20,000 nucleotides of DNA from an uncultured virus (IMG/VR IMGVR_UViG_3300029705_006997). Taxonomy: Duplodnaviria; Heunggongvirae; Uroviricota; Caudoviricetes. Below are positions 16,979 through 20,000 of the stretch, piece after piece (positions within the stretch are counted from its first letter, which is position 1; each line of letters begins with the position of its first letter). Below the pieces are notes generated by a model. The model was not told the DNA's origin and ran no database searches. It worked only from the letters and a program-made list of their open reading frames with translations. The translations under genes were made by a program, and so were the position numbers. Location of the stretch: IMG/VR virus record IMGVR_UViG_3300029705_006997, one strand, 5' to 3'.

Positions 16979-17350
16979 ATGGTAGTAAAGTACGGTATCC
17001 CCGGCAGTTATTCAAAATGGGCTGTGACAGAAATCATCAATGTGCGTCAATGGAATTGCGGCAATGGTGATTCTCTGGTGTTTTTCACACCTGCTTGTGA
17101 CAAGATGAGTCACATTGCAATACGCACAAGTCATGATGATGCCAAGGCTATTATCGATAAGCTGTATGACAGCGGCAGAATTGATGTATCGGAATACTAT
17201 ACTGTATTTGTCGGTACCGATATGCTTTTTGATGATGTTGCGAAGTCGGAAGACAAATACGGCGCCATGTTCAAGCGTGAACTCATTGCTGATATTGCCA
17301 AACAGCTGTCTGATGATGACGAGTTTGATGATGAGGACGACGCTGAGTAA
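16979..17350 (+). CDS. Hypothetical protein (paralog family B, 'MVVKY') with acidic tail
   Basis: 123 aa; RBS AAAGGAG; LYDSGRIDVSEYYTVF vs LYKGELDITNYEVVF. Confidence 0.85.
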   Translation: MVVKYGIPGSYSKWAVTEIINVRQWNCGNGDSLVFFTPACDKMSHIAIRTSHDDAKAIIDKLYDSGRIDVSEYYTVFVGTDMLFDDVAKSEDKYGAMFKRELIADIAKQLSDDDEFDDEDDAE

Positions 17351-17370
17351 TCAGGTTACAAAAAAAAATA

Positions 17371-17405
17371 CTATCCATACAGCCCGTAAGGGCTGCTATG
17401 GGTGG
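17371..17405 (+). other. Intergenic hairpin with GTAA loop, related to the 16870 hairpin
   Basis: CTATCCATA-CAGCCC-GTAA-GGGCTG-c-TATGGGTGG; no U-tract after it on the + strand. Confidence 0.65.
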
Positions 17406-17437
17406 CAATCAAACTATAAAAAGGAGTGTTTTTTACT

Positions 17438-18265
17438 ATGTCAACCAATAATTCAGGAGTATCAGCAGATACAATGATTGAAAAAATTAACGCATTTAAT
17501 ACAGAGGTTGATGCGTTATATGCGGGAATTGATACGAAGGACAAAAAGACTGTTGATATTCTCAATAAACACGGGTATACGCCTGAAAGTATGGATGAAT
17601 ATGATTTGACAGCTATTGATGCGCTCAATCAGATACATCGAAATAAAATAGAAGACAAAATAATAAAACCCAATGATTTTTCAATCAAACAGACGAGCGA
17701 CCGAGATGTTATTGTAAGCAAAATTGCTGAAAATGTCGGTAAGGATAAAAAAGGTTATGAGGTAACGATGGAGCTCAGACAGGATGGCATATTTGGCATT
17801 GATGACCCGCATATTGACCCAAATTTAATCAATTATGAGAGCAAAGACAAAACACGCAACAGCATTATTATATCAAAATCCCAGTATGATGCTATTGCCA
17901 AAGCCGCAGGTGATAATGTCGTTCAGGACGGCAAGACAACACATATGGCTGTTTCGGGTGATTTGGTAAAACCTAAATGTTCTGATGAAAGGGATATTGG
18001 TTTAATGGTTGACCCGAAAACAGTTAAATCGGCAACAATGCCTTTCAATGAGGCTTCGCTGAAGAATCATCGGGAAATGGGAACATTTAATCAAAAATGG
18101 ACAAATGAGATTCAAATTGAACTGCAAGAATATTTCGATGAAGCAAACGCTTATAAACGTGCTGTGGCGGCGTCAACAAAGAGTAATCTGAATGCACGAT
18201 TTGCAGGAAGTGCTCAGACTGTTGATACTCCGGAGACAAAAACAGATGAATTGTATCATTTTTGA
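17438..18265 (+). CDS. Single 'LRQDG' domain protein (family A)
   Basis: Start MSTNN (RBS AAAGGAG); RDVIV...AENVGKDK.GY...LRQDG.FG..DPH...KSQY.A...AAGDN...HMAV. Confidence 0.9.
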   Translation: MSTNNSGVSADTMIEKINAFNTEVDALYAGIDTKDKKTVDILNKHGYTPESMDEYDLTAIDALNQIHRNKIEDKIIKPNDFSIKQTSDRDVIVSKIAENVGKDKKGYEVTMELRQDGIFGIDDPHIDPNLINYESKDKTRNSIIISKSQYDAIAKAAGDNVVQDGKTTHMAVSGDLVKPKCSDERDIGLMVDPKTVKSATMPFNEASLKNHREMGTFNQKWTNEIQIELQEYFDEANAYKRAVAASTKSNLNARFAGSAQTVDTPETKTDELYHF

Positions 18266-18274
18266 GGAGATATT

Positions 18275-18487
18275 ATGAAACCTAAAACAAAAAGTCAGCT
18301 CGAAGAGAGCTACAATCACATCAAGAATTATCTTGATAATGAGGATTCCACTAAGGAATTAAGGGAAATGTGCAATATTTGTGAATGTTATTACGGTAAG
18401 GACCATAATTACGATGATTGTAAAGACAAACCTTGCTTCAAATTCTGGCTTGCTTATGAGTATCTGGAGTGGGATAACGCTTGGTAA
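18275..18487 (+). CDS. Small Cys-rich, putative metal-binding protein
   Basis: 70 aa; CNICEC...H...C....CF; RBS GAGGAG. Confidence 0.8.
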   Translation: MKPKTKSQLEESYNHIKNYLDNEDSTKELREMCNICECYYGKDHNYDDCKDKPCFKFWLAYEYLEWDNAW

Positions 18488-18523
18488 AAAGATGGTATAA
18501 ATATGGAAGGAGATGTGTGGATT

Positions 18524-19363
18524 ATGTTTCAAACCAAAGCAAAAGAGGATGAAGGAATCGACGTAATTGTTCATGAGGTCAATTTTGTGAAGCTTTCTCC
18601 TGATAATCCTGATGAGGATATTATTTATTCAGCTTATTTTTTAGCCCCTGATACAGTGGATAAATCAGAAAAGCAAACGGCAAGGGACGCTGAAGAAATC
18701 AATAATGTGAAATTAAAAAACGGTTCACATAATGAGGTAAAATATTACGAAGATGGCACTCATTACAGCGGACACTATATGTATTGTGACCCCGACCCCG
18801 AAGGTGCATATAATCATAACGTCAAGGAAAAGCTTGACGCACCGAATATGCCTTTGACGAATGGTCAGTTTTGCAATATCGTATCTATGCCAAGAAAATA
18901 TTGGCGTGACAGTGAGATTTCAGCAAAGGCTGAAGGCTCAATGTTCAGTTCCCTATGTGGCAAACAGGACGGTATGTGCAATGTTGATGATTCATTTCCC
19001 GAACTGAAGCAATCTGCTGAAAATTTTGTTAAAACAAATGCGTCAGAAATGGTTGGTGAAGATGTAAAGTTTCTTGACAGTCGTGTTTGCACAGCCAGAG
19101 TTTACATCGACGATAGTCCTCATAGTTGGAATAAAGGCAGTGTTAAGCTGCATAGCGTATGTGAGTCACACACGCATCCTGAAGGAATCTCAACAGCTCA
19201 ACTCAAAGAGCATTGCGATAATATGACAAAAGTCAACGATATTATAAAAGAGAAACAGGATACTGCAAAACGTCAAAACGCAGGACGCAGATTTCTTAGT
19301 GCTGTCGGTATAGGCGGTGTAACAGCTGACGCTGAAAAGACTGATGATGTGCAATATAATTAA
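18524..19363 (+). CDS. Hypothetical protein, possible distant member of family A, with the shared C-terminal tail
   Basis: Start MFQTK (RBS GGAAGGAG; track start 18503 is an alternative); GSVKLHSVCESHTHPEGIS resembles GRIYVDTIEKSTLHPDELS of the 793 aa protein. Confidence 0.85.
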   Translation: MFQTKAKEDEGIDVIVHEVNFVKLSPDNPDEDIIYSAYFLAPDTVDKSEKQTARDAEEINNVKLKNGSHNEVKYYEDGTHYSGHYMYCDPDPEGAYNHNVKEKLDAPNMPLTNGQFCNIVSMPRKYWRDSEISAKAEGSMFSSLCGKQDGMCNVDDSFPELKQSAENFVKTNASEMVGEDVKFLDSRVCTARVYIDDSPHSWNKGSVKLHSVCESHTHPEGISTAQLKEHCDNMTKVNDIIKEKQDTAKRQNAGRRFLSAVGIGGVTADAEKTDDVQYN

Positions 19364-19511
19364 ACTTTCGAAAGATACGCTTTTTGGAATTATTGCATGT
19401 AACTGCTGAAAACAGCAAGGAACGTGACAAATTGATAGACACATGTGAAGAGTTGATAACCGGATTTAAAGAGTTGTTAATTGGATAAAATGTTGCAAAC
19501 AAAGGATGATA

Positions 19512-20000
19512 ATGATGTATATCGAGCATAAACATAAAGACGATTTATTTTGGATAATGCGTCTTTCAGATAAAGACAAAGAAGAGTATATAGAAAGCAT
19601 TTCTTATGCCATTGATAAATGCATCAAGGAAGAATACAGAGAAAAATTCAATAAAGAAATTATCAGCATATTCAAAAATGCGGAGCATAATGAAAAATAT
19701 GATAAGACTGATGAGCAAAGCGTAATTATTTTATCAAGTCAGATAACAAGTCTTTTGTTATATCTTTTGCTTTTGTTAAGTATAACAGCTGACAGAAGTC
19801 AAAAGGATGATGAATTGATAGAGATATATAAAGAAAGAGTCGAAATATTCAGAGAAAGAGCTGAAATATACAAAGAAAGAGCTGAGATATTCAGAGAAAG
19901 AGCAAATCTTTACGAAGAATTTGTAGCTGAATCTAAAAAAGAATTGATGAATGCGTGGGCTGATTTATGTAAAAATGAAGCTGAAGAATCAACAGAATGA
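19512..20000 (+). CDS. Hypothetical protein (possible family C) with C-terminal heptad-repeat coiled coil
   Basis: ORF closes with TGA at 19998-20000; RBS AAAGGA at 19501; the start could be 19512 or 19515. Confidence 0.8.
   Translation: MMYIEHKHKDDLFWIMRLSDKDKEEYIESISYAIDKCIKEEYREKFNKEIISIFKNAEHNEKYDKTDEQSVIILSSQITSLLLYLLLLLSITADRSQKDDELIEIYKERVEIFRERAEIYKERAEIFRERANLYEEFVAESKKELMNAWADLCKNEAEESTE
19821..19904 (+). repeat. Four 21-bp coding tandem repeats (EIYKERV/EIFRERA/EIYKERA/EIFRERA)
   Basis: gagatatataaagaaagagtc gaaatattcagagaaagagct gaaatatacaaagaaagagct gagatattcagagaaagagca. Confidence 0.9.

Noticed and set aside
17360..17405. Hairpin plus A-tract as a minus-strand terminator
   Set aside because: The G-U pairs form only on the + strand and no minus-strand gene ends there.
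19364..19505. Homology between this spacer and the 12922-13063 leader (shared AATTATTGC, AAATTGATA, GGATAAAAT, AGATACG)
   Set aside because: Short AT-rich matches in inconsistent order and spacing, and no equivalent terminator found; cannot be supported by eye.
19821..19904. Possible CRISPR-like array
   Set aside because: Units are contiguous, in frame and without spacers; no cas genes are present. No CRISPR array or tRNA was seen anywhere in the window.

Overview
AT-rich, gene-dense segment of a probable large mobile element (large phage or conjugative megaplasmid/ICE) from a Bacillota (Clostridia-like) host, judged from strong AAGAAAGGA/AAGGAG ribosome-binding sites and sigma-A promoters. 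No replication, structural or conjugation hallmark gene lies in the window, so the element type cannot be fixed. Two blocks diverge from back-to-back promoters at about 12.7-12.9 kb. The minus-strand block (1-12702) holds many small phage-type hypotheticals, two YopX-like paralogs, RNA ligase RtcB, a NYN/PIN-like protein, a Fic toxin with a VbhA-like antitoxin, an apparently orphan Panacea (SocA/DUF4065) antitoxin, and membrane proteins (DUF3592-like, SH3b-like, a lipoprotein). The plus-strand block (13064-20000) is built mostly from expanded paralog families of unknown function. Most notable: (i) a C-terminal tail pattern shared by three plus-strand proteins and the unrelated Fic toxin, a candidate translocation or packaging signal; (ii) a terminator/antiterminator leader behind the plus-strand promoter; (iii) a 38-bp intergenic repeat with a covarying hairpin, plus a second pair of related GTAA-loop hairpins; (iv) matching non-canonical Fic and antitoxin motifs. 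All family calls come from motif recognition by eye; no searches were run.
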